A stretch of DNA of 64,000 nucleotides, taken from contig CM074512.1 of NCBI GenBank assembly GCA_037379345.1, positions 48,691,597 through 48,755,596 of the forward strand. Reading direction: 5' to 3'. Made by a program: the position numbers and the translations under genes. Source of the DNA: Perna viridis. Taxonomy: Eukaryota. Positions 27,201 to 42,200 of the stretch are shown piece by piece. Every line of letters starts with the position of its first letter. The stretch's first letter is position 1. The notes under the pieces are model-generated. The model saw only the letters and a program-made list of their open reading frames with translations. It searched no databases and was not told where the DNA came from.

Positions 27201-30200
27201 GTGAAAATGCTCAGCACAGCCTAGCATTTTCTTGTGGTTCTAAGCCTTGTCTTTAAAGGTTATGTATGAATTTAGAGCCTCATGTATTGTAGGCCTGTAA
27301 AATAGATTGGACTCATATTACTTCATACAATTTGTATTTCATAGTTATTGTGTTATCTTTTTCAGATATGCCTCCACCATATACTAATGCTGCAGCTTAT
27401 CCAAATTTTACACCAAACAAACCCCCTCATGCCCTTAGAGCCGAAGACCGGAAAATGTCTGCCCCTGTGTTTGGTACTAAGGAATATCAGAGTGCCAGAG
27501 ATCGACAGAATGAGAACCGATTATCTCGATGTGACGAGGTTACTGACATACCAGCAGTTGTTGAAGACGAACCAGAAATGTCTGACTTTGTTGCCCATGT
27601 CAATAGGTAGAGATACAATGATATATTAAATGTGATGTTTGAAATTAGTAGCCCACTTTTGGTCTTGGCTACCAAAATTTCAGCTATGATTGTAAAGAAC
27701 TACACATATTTAAGCTGTTTTCTACCAGGTCAAAATTTAAGGTTAAATCCTGCAGACTATGATATTTTTGAAAATATTCTTGATTTGAACCCCTGAGATT
27801 ATTAATTCATGTTTGAAAAGTAGGGTTAATTTTGGCAAAATACTGGTAGTTATTGACAGAATTACTAACAAATACAAATAAACTTCCACTAGATTCAATT
27901 TAAATATTTTTTTCATGTCCCAACATCTTGATGTTAGAGGCCTTAAGTTTTACTGCTGTTCATATATGTACATGTATTTGTCTGTCACATAATTTTTTGC
28001 TGGATAGAACTTTGCAACCCATCCTGCATGGGGTCAGTTTGAAATTAAAATTGAAATTAAATGTACTACTTCAGCTTGAAGGGTTGAATAGTATGTAGGC
28101 TTTTTAGCCCAGAAGTATGCCAACTGCCTGTTGGTTGTTGTGTTTTTGTTGAGTTCACTTTCCTGGCATTACAATTTAAAAGTGCATGTACAGTATAACA
28201 AAGTTACTTTTAAAATGATTTCAAGATACAATTTTACATCTTATCAAAATCATTTGCTCATTCAAATACATATTTTTATAAATTTATATGATACCTGAAA
28301 AAGATAATCTGTCCTTATAGGTATGATCTACATTAAATATCTTTTGTGGTTAACATGTGTAAATGGTAGTTTTGTTTCTTACACATCCTTGTATACTTTC
28401 TTTGCAGAACTGTTAGTGAGGTTGACAATGTCATGCTTGAACGAGATGACTCGCCTCCTCCTCCCCCACCTCCTCCTCCATTGGATGATGATATCCCCTA
28501 CACTCCTCCTGGCTTCAGGTCAACGCCACAGAGAGACATGAACCATGGCACATCCATTCTGTCAGAACATGAAGGACCTAGGAGCAATGTTAGTGTCTTA
28601 TCATCATCAAAGACAGAAGATTCTGAGGATGACCACAAACGAAAAGCAAAGGTATTTTGTACTTAAAACTTATTGGATGTATTTATGTTAATTCAAACCT
28701 GATTTTCTTCTGCTTTTTCAAATCCAGATTATACCATTATAATTTTGTTTTACTGTATATTTACTTCCAATTTTACCAATTTCCGCTTTGTTTGTTGACC
28801 TCATAAAATCAGGTCTGGTTAATTTCAAGAATTTCTGAAACACTCTTTTTTTTTGTTTTCTATGTGTACCTTCTTGTTTATATAAGTGGATGTATATTAG
28901 AATCATCTTGTCCATCCATTATTCAGTTCATATGTTCACCACAAAATTCTTGGCTCCCACTGGACAGATTAAATTAAAAATTTGTATGAAGCTTTATATA
29001 GATGAGGTTTATTTTGAAAGCAGTTTTGGTTGCTGTCCAATATCAACTTCCTATACATGAGAATACATGCAACCTCATGCTAATTAAGGAATGTTTCTAA
29101 TGGATTCAAATCCAAATATTAAGATCTGATTTGTAATCAGTAAGCAATTTTGTTTGGGATTATTTGAACAATTGAACGTGAATGTGAGAATTCAACCTTA
29201 ATGCATCAAAGTACCAAACCAGATTAAACAGAATAATCCTGTTTATCTTAGAGAACCAACCAATTGTAAAACTTGTTACAAATCAATTATCACATAATTT
29301 AGAACTTAGTTAAGTTATCCTGTTTTTGCTAAGCTTCATGTACATTTATCTTTTTTTTTCAGAGACATTTGGTGGATAGAGCTTACTATATAGCTAAAGA
29401 GTTGTTGATGACGGAGAGAACATATAAAAAAGATCTTGAAGTTTTAACTATTGTAAGGAAGACAAAATATTTAATATTACATATATGTAAGGACTGCATC
29501 AAGTCGATTTTAGATATTGAAATAATGTATGAGGATCATAATAACAAGGCATTAAAGGAGAAAATCACATTATAATTATTTTTTAACTTTAAGAGTACCT
29601 TATTTTATTTTACCAGGACCTAGTGAATTGCTTACAGTGAAAGTATTATTGTTTGTGGGGTACCAATTTTTGTGGTTTTCATGGGTCTAGTGAACCACAA
29701 AATTTGGTTCCCAAAGAAGAGAAAACTTCCCATTCATTTGTATGATAAAGTTTCAAATCAACAAATTCAAGAATCCTCAAAAATTTGTACCCACAAATAA
29801 AAACTTTCACAGTATTTAGTTATTTATTAAAGTAGATATAATCCTAGTGATTTGATTGGTACATTTCAGAGATGATTTCAGTGACTTGAATTTTCTTTAC
29901 ATAGTTGATACTATGAGACAAAATGTCATTTTCTCAATTTTTAGACAAGGTGAGAACAAGAATCAAACACCACTCACCACTTAAAAAAATCTCAGACACC
30001 CTGGAGTAAGAATGAAATGTTCCTTATACACAGAGCATCATTAAAGAGTACTTGAAATCTTATCTTCGGATGTCTCAGATTTCCCTTTCTTGCATTCTCT
30101 GTGGTGTTGGATTTTAAATGTCTTTTGGTAGTGGTTGTTTGAAATCAAATTTCATTGTATATTGACAGTAGTTTTTTTCTGAAATAAAATGTCATTGTAT

Positions 30201-33200
30201 ATTGATAGTAGCTACTATGAAATAAAATGTCATTGTATATTGACAGTAGTTTTTCTGAAATAAAATGTCATTGTATATTGATAGTAGCTACTATGAAATA
30301 AAATGTCATTATATTTTGATAGTGGTTTAGAAATGCAGCTTCTAATGAAGAGAATGTACCAGAGTGTTTGAGTAAGTTGTTCACCAGTCTGCTACCTATC
30401 TATGAATTCCATTGTGAGTTTCTGAAGGAACTTGACCAGAGACTTTCTATGTGGTAAGATTACTGATTAATTCATGATAATGAAATCAAAAGTTTATGTA
30501 AGGATTTAAGTAGCACTCCAGCTAAGAATCATGCAAAATGTGATACATGGTTGGAAAGTATACATATTTTTATTTTTGATATTTTGTTTAAAATGCTTCA
30601 GTAAACAGAAATTAACATTTAGTTTTTCATTTAACCCCTGCTCTTAGGAGATAAAAATTGTATAGGATGCACAGTAGAATTCAAATATCTTCAATATGGA
30701 TTATCTCCTAAGAGCAGATACAGGAGATTTGTTTTTGATCCATAGCGGAGTCACTTCAAAGACTGTAAAATTAGTAGTCACTGCTTCTCTGACAAGAACA
30801 CAGTATTAAGGTTTTATAGCAATGTCAGATTGGCTCAGAGTCAGAATTCTGTGTCAAGATGGGATGACATGCTTTACATTGGGCTGTTGCTTCTGTGAAC
30901 TGGCACAATAAAGATATGATTGAAGATATTGTATGAATATGATTTACAAACATATTTGTGAACAAGTTTTCTGTTAAAAATAGAATATTCTGTCCAGAGT
31001 TTTTTCTATTACTGAATGCTGAGGTAGAAACAAAAGTTCAAACATTGTAAACAAATGTAAAAAGATGCTATTTGATTTACAGGGAAGGAAAGACAAATGC
31101 TCATATGAATGGTGATTACCAAAGAATAGGTGATATAATGAATAACTGCTTTAATATCCATATTCTGAATGTAAGTCTATACTGTATTACTGACGTCTGT
31201 TCAGTCTGGTTGTTAGTTACTTCTTTGCTATTTATTTAATCTAGGTAGGTACTGTATTTGTTTAAATTTAGGCTACATACATGTGAAGAAAATTTTTTTT
31301 TGCCAAATTTAGCTGAGGACTCTACCGGTACCATAACCATTTCAACATTGCTTTTACAAAATTTTACTCCAAATTACACTCTATGGATTGTAGATCTCTC
31401 CAAAATGCCCAAGTTAAAATCATCTTCATTAGTTAAGTCTAAAGCAGCATAAATAGATCTGATATATGGCCCACATTGGTTAAAACAGGCAATAAAACAT
31501 TTCAATTCTTAAAGCACAAAATACTACAGTTTTTTTTAAGTAAACAGAACCATGAGATTGTTCATCTATACCTTTTAAATCATGTTTTCATATGTTTCAA
31601 AATTACAAAGATACTTGCATGATTCTTTTGCATTTATAAGATAAACACAAAAACAAATCATGTAAAATCAGCAACATTGTTGACCACTTTTTTTTTAAGG
31701 AAGTGGACCTGTTGATTATCTGATCATTTTAGGTCATATATACCAAGACTAGTTTGTGTACTGCCTATTTCTTTTTGGAAGTTGGTTTGAATTACCTTGT
31801 TTGTTATAATGATGTTTTGAATTTATAGGTTTAATATCTTGCAACTGCTACTGTACATAGCCAAATGTGCCACATATGATAATCATATGGTGCTCAATTC
31901 ATATGATAATCATATGACAATCGTGATTCTCATATGGTAATTTTGGCATAAAAACATATGACAATCATATGTTCGTGAAAAACATATGATTATCATGTGA
32001 TAATCATATGTACACTGAAACATGATTATCATATGGTGCTTGATTTATATGATAATCTTATGATGCAAACCATATGATTCTCATGTGTGGCACATTTGCC
32101 TGTGTAAATGTAATTTGAATTTTAGTAAACCAAGTATCTGTCTGAAACAAACTAATTTTGAAGTTCAAAAGGAATTTGGTTTAGGCACATCTTACTGTTG
32201 ATGCAAATAGAATAGTACTGATTGGTTCTATATACTGGATTTGTTTTATTTTTTTTACAAATGTTCATTACAGATGTATCGATACTATATCGACATAGTA
32301 GAAGATTTACTGGCACAAATTCAGGACACAATGAAGAAGGATAGGTCATTTGATCACATGTATAAAGACTTTGAATCTCAAAAAGTGTGTTATCTCCCTT
32401 TGAATACATTCTTCCTTAAACCAGGCCAGAGATTACTGCATTATAAGTTAATACTAGAAAGTAAGTATAGTACAAATATTTGACTGGTGAGAATTTTTTT
32501 TTTTCTAGTAAACCAACTGACAAATATTTCAGGTAGTCCTGTGCGTAAAATAACCTTAAGTTTATCTTGATGACTACAGAGCATGTCATGACTGTGTTCA
32601 GGGATAGAGGTGGTCATTCCTTGCTTAAGTGACAATTACTTAATGAACTGCCTCAGGTAGTCAACTGCACAATAAATAGAAGCAGTAAACTAACTTTCAG
32701 ACTTTGATTCCTAGGCTATGGATTAATCAAGTGAATGATAGAAAATCAAATCCTAATTGTTCTGTAAACTACCTAAAGCAGTTCACCAAATGGTTATCAT
32801 TGAATCATAAGAAGACCGACACTATCCCCTGAACATCATCATAGTATGCTCTGTAACATGTTTCATTACATGACACCTGTTTTCTAACAACCACAGAATT
32901 GTCTGTGAATGGCCTTATAACATTAAAGAAGCTGTACAATTTTATGTTGTGAAGTCATTGAACTTTTAGTTGAAGGAGAAAAGAGTATGGAAACAAAAAC
33001 AAAAATATGCAGCGAGACACGAGTATATATACATTAATAGAAAGCTGTGGATTTTCTGGTTTATTGTGTATGTTTTTATGTCTTGCAACTGTTACCAAGC
33101 ATTATAATCTACACCTATCAATCTGCCAGTGCATGGTAAACAATTATCAATCAATCAGTGTTGATTTGCTTTATTTTGTAGGAATAACCAAACACTATGC

Positions 33201-36200
33201 TTTGGACCATCAAGATTATCCTGACTGTGATGGTAAGTCTAACTTGAGGATTTTTTTCTCTGTACACAATAGTACTCAGTAATATACTTTTAATTATCAA
33301 ATGGCATGAAAACAGCCTCTTTTCAGCGTATCTAAAATAATCATAATTTTTGCTGCCAATTATTAGGGTTCCTGATTTCAGCAGGTTTAATGTTGATGTA
33401 TTGAAACCATATATAATCATCAATTTTTGTAAGATAAGTATTCTAAGAAGATTTCTGTATTTCCTAACTTGTTCTCATAGACTCATTCATTGACAAAATC
33501 AGCTTTAAAAAGAAGTGGGTTGATAGGTATAGTCGTATGTATTATTTCAGTTGACAAAGAAAACATGCAAGGTTTGTTTCAACATTCCCAACTCTGCACT
33601 GTGCATTTTTTATATAATCCATTATGTAGAGTGACCAACTGAACACATCCATTAAAGTGCACTTTAAAGAAATGATCTAGGGATTGACACAGAACACATT
33701 AATGTATACCATCAATGTTTGTCATCATTTTTCACCATCACAATAACTCTTATTGATATATCTTAGATAATGATTCTGTATCTCAACACTACTTACATTT
33801 GGTAAAGGTGTCTGTCAGAAATCTTAATTTATAATGTTCAATATCAAGTTAATTTTCAACCTTTTTTCCAAACAAATGTGTGGTTTATTGGGTGCACATG
33901 TTCCTTGTGATCAATGTTATATTTTAGAAACATATTTTGTGTTACCTAATTTAAGCATAAAATTTCCGACTTGTAACTAAAGCTGTCCAAACATAGATGT
34001 TACTGTGAAAGTACTTCAATTTGTGGATACCAATTTTCGTGGATAATGGAAGAAACACGAATTTGTGGTTTTCAGATTTTCATTATACTCATCAATGGCA
34101 ATTTCCTTTTCGTTGGGAACACAATTTCGTGGTTTAACCTACCCTGAAAACTACAAAAATTGGTACCCCACGAACAATAGTACTTTTACAGTAATAGATT
34201 TATTGTCGGTTTTTCTATTCCTTATTTATAATACCCCCTCCCCCTGCAAAGGAAGTTTGGGGGTCCTATAGGTTTCACCCGGTCTGTCCTCAACTTTTTT
34301 CTAAGCAGCTTGCATCATTGTTTTGAAACTTTGTGGGATATAACCACATGGAGATGTGTATACTGTCTGGAATTTATGTTTGGACAAAAATTGTAGAAAT
34401 GATGGCTGTTGAACTTGGGCTTTTTTTCAGCAAAACTTGTTCTGTTGCACTGTCCACAACTCCTACTCAACAACTTGCAGGATTATTATGAAACTTATTG
34501 GGGTGTTAGATTACAATATTATTGTGTTCGTATTGTCAGAAATTTATGTGTGAGCAAAAATTATAGAAGTGACGGCTGTTTGAACCTTGTCTGATATGTT
34601 GTCACCTCCTTAACGACTTGCAGGATTGTGAAGAAACTCAATGGAGTGTTAAATTACCATATTGGGATGTGCATATTGTCAGGAATCTATGTTTGGGCAA
34701 GAAATGTAGAAATGATGGCTGTTGGAATTAGGCTTATTCAGAAAAACTTGGGCTGATGCCTTGTCCAAAACTCCTACTCAGTGACTTGCAAGATTATTAT
34801 GAAACTTATTGGGGTGTTAGATTACCATATTAGGGTGTTTATAGTGTCAGAAATTCATGTTTGGACAAAAATGTATATATGACAGGTGTTTTTTTGGGGG
34901 GTGGAGGAAAAACCTAGTTGGATGCGTTGTTAGAATCTACTCCTCAGCGAATTGCAGGATTAGTATGAAACTTAATAGGGTGTTGAATCACCATATTGGA
35001 ATGTACATATGGTCATGAATTTATGTTTAAAGTAAATTTGCAGTCATATTCTGTCATTGTGTTGTCAACAACGAAAAATAGTATTTATTGTGGTTTGTTG
35101 GGTGTTATAGAAATGGCAGCAAAGTTGTGTGTAAATAGTGCTTAGTCTATCCATCTTCATAATTGTGTCCAATATGAATCATGTGTCCACATTTGTCTAC
35201 AAATGTACAGGGGTCAACAGGCTGCTTGGGGTATTAGTTCTGTTAGGGGCAATGTCAATTTATAATAACATTAAAGGGTAAGAAGGGGTATCATTTTATG
35301 TTCCATTAATGCATTATTATTTTTCCTTTTGTCGGAATTTGAATTTTTTATTTGCTCAAAATACTGAAATGATGTACTTGTATTTTTATTTCAGCGTGTT
35401 TGAGAAAGTTGTCAGATGTAGTGTCTGAATGTAAAGAGAAGATGAGGATGGAGGTATGGAAAGAGTTTTAATAATATACCATGATGTTTGTTCAACTAGA
35501 AACCTGTTTAACAAGCCATTTAATTATACCTTTACTCAATGAATGGTTGTATATTGAAGTTTTCCAATTTTTTCGGAATTATCTAATGATAGATGGATTA
35601 GTTTAAAATTTAGTTTATGGTTTCATATAGATGGGGCTCATGTTATAAGCAATTTTGGTTGATGTCCAGTATCAACTTCCTGACTGAGTCTGGGTATACC
35701 TAGCAGAGCAACCCATACAACTTCATGTTTATTCAGTATTTCCTACAACATTAGTGAATTCTTATGTTTATCAAACAGACAACTTGGTTAACTGAGATTT
35801 GCACTGATCATTAATGAGGGTTTAATTGCATTTTGTTTACCATTTTTCATCATATTTCAGGAAAATCTCCAGAAGTTGATAGAACTACAGAGAGATATGA
35901 TAGGGATAGAAACCATTGTACATCCTGATCGGGTGGGTAGAATTATTGTCAAATCTGTCTTAGCGATCACCTGTATGCAATAACTTGACATAAAGGACTG
36001 AAATATCTCTACTTAGTGTGTTGTATGTAAAGTTAACCTGTATATCTTTTGTCCAATATAGAATATGTTCTGTTATCATATTATACCACAGGGATGATTT
36101 TCTTCCATTTATTAGTAGATTTCCACTATTTCAAATATGGATTTTACCGTTACAATTCTTTGTTTATTGTGTATTTACATCCAATTTTGCCAATTTCTGC

Positions 36201-39200
36201 TTTGTTTGTTGACCTCGTAAAATTATTTCTGATACCATTATATTTACTTCAGAAAGCAACGAACAGTTAATGTGCATTATATTGCATTATTATATGCTAA
36301 GTTAAAAAAGAACACTTGTTTTAGGCTGAATTTAATGTGTCCTTATAGAATGATTAGAAATTCATCAGCCATTTGGAAGGTGAAAACCTTGATAAAATAT
36401 AAATGATATTAGGATAATCAATTGGTTAGCATGAATAACTAAATTTAGATCACCCTTAATGAGAAGGTAAATAATTCAACTCATCGGTAAAGTGCAGAAT
36501 AATTTCTGCTCAGTTATTATAGCGAATAATATAGTTAACTTTAGGGAATGGAGTTGGTCTGCTGTTGATTAAATGACAATCACCTGATTAATTTTCTAAG
36601 ATTATTAACTAGACAATTGTCGAAGAGGTTTGAACTTTCTTTTACTTAGATTAAAATACTTATGAAATTATAGAAAGTTTAACATTTACATCTTAATTAT
36701 CGAGTAACTACCTTGGACATTTTATCAAGTAATGGTTGTTCAGTTGAGGATTAACTCTATTCCCTGAAGTTAACTATATTACTTGCTGTAAATCTTTTAA
36801 ATCTTTGTGTTCTTTGACACTCATGATCAAATTATTAGGCATCCTAGAAATAACTGATAAGTGGTTGATGCTGTTTTCTAAGTATTCCTATATAATGAAT
36901 TATTTGAAGGAAATATCACCAGTATGATAAGACACTGAGTTATAATTCACATGATTCAGTAACTTCTTGACATATTAATTTACAGAAATTTGTCAGAGAA
37001 GGATGTTTACAGAAATTTTCAAGGAAAGGCTATCAACAAAGAATGTTCTTCTTGGTAGGTGTTGGTTCTACAAATGTACTACAAATGTGCTTACTACAAA
37101 TGTATTTTACAATAAATTGATTTCACTAATTGTTGATGATTTTTTAAATTGATGGAAAAAGTTTAGAGCTCTTTTAAATCAGTGATTTTAAGTGATTTTA
37201 TCCATCATGAAAAGCTGTATTATAAAATACATGTTGTTGATTTAATCTAGATGCTAGTTCAAGGATAACTGATGCATTTCATTACTGAAATCTTTCTTTT
37301 TTTCAGTTCTCAGATATCCTGTTATATTCTAGTCGGACAGCCTCTTCTTTACTACAGTTCAAAGTTCATGGACAACTGCCTTTAAGGGGAATGATAGTAA
37401 GTTGTTTAGACATGTTCTATTTAAAGTTTAAGAAAATACGGTGACAAAATTTCTGACATGATATTTAAAAACTTTACTTAGCATACACACAATACCCCAA
37501 ATCATTGAATCTTTATTAACTTCCCCTGCAAAAATAGTAGTCCTCCTTAACCAATTTCTGTGAAAATTTATCCCATCCAAAAATTTAATGTGACTGTTAT
37601 TAACATTATTTCACCCAACTTTGTTGTATGGGGTATAAATATCATCAAGTAGAAACTTGTGTATTTGCAATTTAATATTGAATATAAGTGCTTATTGTGA
37701 AAAATATTAAGAGAAATTTTATCAAAACATGTTGTAGGATAGCAAAAAAAAACATGGGAAATGGGCCTTGGATATTTTTTTAATGTGTGCCTATTGAAAT
37801 TATGTATCATCATTTGGTACATATAGTATTCACCCTGTCAAATATTGTTTGTGTCTTGTTTCCACAATCTTCATAAATTGCTCATTAGATTTTGATGAAA
37901 TTTCGTAGGAAGTGTCAGCATCTTATGAGGATGAGTATAATAATTGTGGGAGGCATCCAAAGGGAGCTAATCTAGTTAAGGGGTTTGTACATTGTCCGTC
38001 TGTCCATTCACATTTGTGGATGCAACTCCTTGGAAACTGCTTGAAGAACTTTATTCAAATTTTGTAGGATTGTTAGTCACCATTTGTAGTTGATCGTATT
38101 GTGCAGCCATTGTGATTCAACAAATTTTACTGGAGTTATGGGCTTGTGCACTTTAACATTTTTTCCAGTGCCGGGGGACATATGGCTGCAAGTTGCTTGT
38201 TTCTACTTATATTGTCTTAGCATGAAAGATCTGAAAAGATTTCACAACCCTTTTCTTAGCATGAAAGATCTGAAAAGATTTCACAACCCTTTGAGGTCCC
38301 TGTTATTTTTTGACAGATCAGTAAACATCCTTGAAATGATTAAAAGTGTCATAATTGGATCACCAGAAAACAGAATGATAGTTACTTTCACACCCTGGTT
38401 GAGATATTTCACATTATATTGTCAGTAGCAAAATCAAAGAGGCTATCATTCATATTTGATCAAATTAATGTAATGTCCTCAATAAATTAATACATTGCAG
38501 CTTGGATATGTAGTCACCAGAGACTAATTAAGCCTGCACCAATAGCAGAGGAAGAGAGATAATCCCTATGACCTGGAATTTGTTTAAAACATGAATCTAA
38601 TAAATGCTTTACAAATAAGAACTGTTTTTACTGTATTTATAATAAAAACTAAATACAGTTAGTGAATTAAGTGGTAGGTCTTGTTAAAGTCAAAGTATAT
38701 CCTCTCACATATATTTGAATGCTGTATACATTGAATGTTTTGTGTATACTGTCTGTCTTCCATTAGGTATACCCCACTCAACCAGTGGATGGTTTATTGG
38801 AATTACCTTGTCTGTCAATCCATCTGTAATTCTGTCCTTTTTTGTATTTTTCTTAAATTGCTGTATTGTTAATCTGTTTCTGTCTAACTATTTACAGGTT
38901 GAAGAATCTGATCATGCCAAAATGGCTGTAGCCAATAGTTTTGCTATTTATGGTGGTAATAAATGTATTCTTGTGGCTGCCAGGTATGTTTCTTGAACTA
39001 TTTATGCAGGATTATTGAGCCTTACATACATTCTTTGTGTTTAGCATACATGTAGAGTTTGATATAATATAGTTTATTAATGACATTGATTTTTATAACT
39101 TCGATAGATAACTGAACAGAGCTTCATAAGCCATTGAAGGCTGGCCAGTGATTTTGTATATTATTTAAATTTGTATGGTGACATGTTTTATCAGGTTGCA

Positions 39201-42200
39201 CTTTTTAAAAAATGAATTATATACTGTTTTTAAGTGTTGACATGTATGTAGTTAGTTCTGCATGTATGTTCTGGTTCCTACCTGGATTGATTTCCAACTT
39301 ATAAAGAACGGGAGCAGATTAATTTAAATTTTACTCTGCCTTGGAACTTATTGGAACTTAAATACAATGAGTGTCAACTGAAATTGTTGAAAAAATAAAA
39401 TTTGATAGAAGCTTTTTCTGCATTTGATATTCAAGCAAGTTATTTATACAGTATTTTTTAAGAAAGGAACTGAAATTATTTTTTTCCAGTTCACAAGAAG
39501 AAAAAGACAAATGGATTGAAGATTTAAATGAAGCAATTATCCAGGCCAAAAATAGGAATGATGATAAATTAAGATATGCTAGTCTGAAATCATCTACAAG
39601 TAAGTCCTTATGAATTCATGTCTGTTTACAGTCATAAATGCCCTCCATTTATTATTGGACTTATGTTGACAAAAGTGTAGAAGTCCCTGAATTTGAGCAC
39701 CCAGAACATTATATTTGTTACTTTGATAAGATAAGCTGATGTGATCTTGTTTTATTTTACTGTAATTCCTCTAGGGGATATTAGATTTTGTATAAATTTC
39801 TTATCAGCCCTCCAGAAATTCCTGTTTTTTAACTAAGGTGAAGTACCATCGTCATGCATATAAACTTTACATATCATATCATTTTCCCTGAAAAAAAATA
39901 CTTCTGATATAAATGAATGATGTTTTACTCCTACTCAGCATGTCAGTGATATATTTGAATCACTTTGTCCATCCACCTGCAATTCTGTTGTCCGAATTTG
40001 ATTGCAGTTATCTTAAATCCCAATGAATTGTTTAATTTAATAGTTTGGCAAGCGGGTTTTTATGGATGGAGCATACATTGTAAATGATTTTGGTTGATGT
40101 GTGGTATCAACTTCAGTCTTGTTTTTTTTTTTATGTTCCCATTATTAAGAGTTGGTCAACACTACATGGAACTTCACATTTCTCACTGAACATAACTTTA
40201 GATAATATATCTTACATCTCTTAACTAAACAAACAGGTTCTACAGAAAATGTAGATGGTGAAAATACAGAAATGAATGGTCACCTACCAGAGAAACAGAT
40301 ACAACATAGAGCTAATACTACAATGCATGTGTGTTGGCATAGAAATACTAGTGTTAGTCTTAGAGACCATGATAAATCTGTCAGGGTATGTAACCAAATA
40401 CTGAAAAGGATTGTAGATCTTAGAGACCATGATAAATCTGTCAGGGTATGTAACCAAATACTGAAAAGGATTGTAGGTCTTAGAGACCATAATAAGTCTG
40501 TCAGGATATGTAACCTAATACTGGAAAGGATTGTAGGTCTTAGAGACCATGATAAGTCTGTTAGGGTGTGTAATAAAATACTGAAAAGGATTATAGATCT
40601 TAGAGACCATGATAAGTCTGTCAAGGTATGTAACAAAATTATAGGTCTTAGAGACCATGGTAATTCCATTTTATCAGGGTATGTAAAAAAATTATTGAAA
40701 AAGTTAATAGTTTTGTTAGGAGAAATTCTAAATGAAAGAACAGAGTAAATATAATTGTGAAATCAGATGCTATTTTATTAGCACAGTAGCTAAGCAACTG
40801 AACACAACAACCATTTAAAACCAGGAATCAGATTCAAAAATAGACATCCTTCGAATTTGGTATAATTTATGATAAACTGATGCATTGTTGTATAAACGTC
40901 TTATGTGTCCTTAACACCCACAGATAGATAGATTTACAGATTGATTAATAGGGAATTTCTTGACCTACAGCACAAAACATTTAGTAAATAATAAGCCATG
41001 ACAACACATTTTAAGTGACTTCCATGGGCGCACTTCATTATACCTGCTAACCCTTCCATATTGGTGCGGGGGAGACTCCCACAAAATCAAGGAAAAATTT
41101 AGGCTCTCCCACTTATAAAAATTAAGATTTTTATATATGTTATAAATTACTATATTTGATGTAAAAAAAATGAAAAAATTCTTTAAAAAAGGAATCTCAC
41201 ATAAACTTTTCAAAGATGAACAGGTATGATTGTATATATAGTTAAATGATTAAAAAGAGTAAAACAACAAACTGCAATAAAATGTTTTCTGTGGTTGATG
41301 TTTCAGTTATATATATAACCTCTTGCATAATAATCATTTAGAAGCATGCGTGTGTTTGCTGTAAACTGATAAAAATTGCAACTTTTTTTTCAGAACCAAA
41401 TGAGTGGATATTTATTAAGAAAGTTTAAGAATAGTAATGGTTGGCAGAAACTATGGGTTGTGTTTACTAACTTCTGTTTATTTTTCTACAAAACATATCA
41501 GGTAGGTGTATCAAACCTGAAGTAATTGAAACTTATTTTTATGGCTTTTACATCTCGTCACATGACTTCGTTAATTCACAAGAATGGAACCATAAACCCA
41601 GACAAAACCCAAACAAAATACAAATTGGTTCCGATAGAAATTGCAGACTGAAAATTAATTTTAAAAAAAAAGACTTACAAGCCCTATACACAAATCATAC
41701 ACTGAAATCATCCCAATCAATATCTTTGTGATGTAAACAAATTTGCATGAATTAAAAGAAGTTGAAAACAAATATTAGCCTCGTACAAGATGCTAGAAAA
41801 TGAAATGATTGTCTTTTTTGTTTTAGATTTGAAATCATTGCTTTGAATGTAAAGAGAAGAAGAGCAATAGTCAATTTTTTGCATTGTATAATTTTCCAAT
41901 AGACATAAAATGCTATGAATGCTATTGATCTATATTTTTCTTATAAATTACAGGATGATTTCCCCTTAGCAAGCCTCCCTTTACTTGGTTATGCAGTAAA
42001 TACCCCAGACGAAGAGGATGGTATACACAAAGACCATGTGTTTAAATTACAGTTTAAAAATCATGTGTATTTCTTCAGAGCTGAGAGTGAATACACATTT
42101 GAAAGGTAATAAAATTTAATTTATGAAAGTTAAATTGGGAGAAAAGGTTATTGAGTTGTGTTCTAGTAATCCCATTATCTGTCACATATGGCATATGAAA

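Noticed and set aside
40272-40748. 158-aa ORF (and antisense ORFs) as a standalone repeat protein
   Set aside because: It is a FARP exon read through into a 60-bp tandem repeat.
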